A stretch of DNA of 64,000 nt from Raillietiella orientalis. Lineage: Eukaryota. How positions within the stretch are numbered: the first letter of the stretch is position 1; each line of letters begins with the position of its first letter. The DNA is taken from contig JAYWIR010000027.1 in NCBI GenBank assembly GCA_036172245.1, positions 2,232,001 through 2,296,000 on the forward strand, in the 5' to 3' direction. Position numbers and translations under genes: made by a program. Shown here piece by piece: positions 63,501 through 64,000 of the stretch. Under the pieces are notes generated by a model that saw nothing but the letters and a program-made list of their open reading frames with translations, made no database searches and was not told the origin of the DNA.

Positions 63501-64000
63501 GGAAGGGAAGACGCCGCGAGGAACGCTCGCGGAGAGAAGGCGAGGGTGGGGCAGCGCCTCGCAGGACTCACCTCGTGTTCATCCGCCGGTAGCAGCCACT
63601 GCATCCCCTTCAAAAACCGCGCCCTGGCTATGAGTCCTCTCTTCCTTCACTCCTTCGTGAATGCTCGTTGTTCCACGCGTCGCGCTTCGACGGGAGGCTC
63701 ACAAAGTCGCCCCCAAGGTCAGGATCCGAAGTCGTTAACCAGCTCCTCGAGCGCTCTTCCAGGTGATTTCGCAGGGAGTCGGCGGCGAGTACAACCGTCG
63801 CTGACGCGCAGGAGAGTTTCACAGGTCGGCATTTTCAAAGAAGAGGTCTCATCCGGTAGATATTCTAGACAGTCACAGAAGAAGCTCCATCTCCAACCCT
63901 CACAGATTACAGTGGTTAGGATGCCTCGGTTTTTACGAGAGATGAGCTCTCCCAAAAGCATCCTAACATCGTTGACCTTCCAACACTGTTACAGTTGTAG

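Noticed and set aside
59769..64000. GC-rich multi-exon gene(s), e.g. acidic stretch at 60530 and donor-like sites near 61403 and 63571
   Set aside because: No consistent in-frame model could be built and no domain was recognised. Left unannotated rather than excluded.
1..64000. CRISPR arrays, prokaryotic operons, rRNA, snRNA or SL RNA
   Set aside because: No regularly spaced repeats or recognisable RNA-gene signatures were seen, and the genes have spliceosomal introns.

Overview
This is eukaryotic, most likely arthropod-like, genomic DNA (inferred from the MRPS18B sequence and a TATA+TCAGT core promoter). It is a sharp mosaic of very GC/CpG-rich and AT-rich, CpG-depleted blocks. Four conserved genes are well supported: MRPS18B (single-exon CDS), ASCC2 (10 exons), UBE2J2-like (4 exons, minus strand, stop codon only 25 bp from the ASCC2 stop) and LPCAT3/MBOAT5-like (7 exons, minus strand, one 5.2 kb intron). 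Most introns are 39-70 nt. There is also an intronless divergent BAF-like ORF (9248-9679) and a decayed PDHA1 fragment lying between piggyBac-like termini. The rest is transposon relics: an internally deleted piggyBac with TIRs and an intact-looking core promoter, a hAT/Buster-type MITE, an inverted pair of ~700 bp tRNA-headed SINE-like elements, and about 8 nested L1/Tx1-like LINE 3' ends. Several of those LINE ends share a two-hairpin 3' structure (an AATAAA-occluding stem plus a CCCGG/CCGGG stem-loop) despite different sequences. Most long ORFs in the GC-rich blocks look like composition artefacts. All calls were made by eye; no database searches were run.
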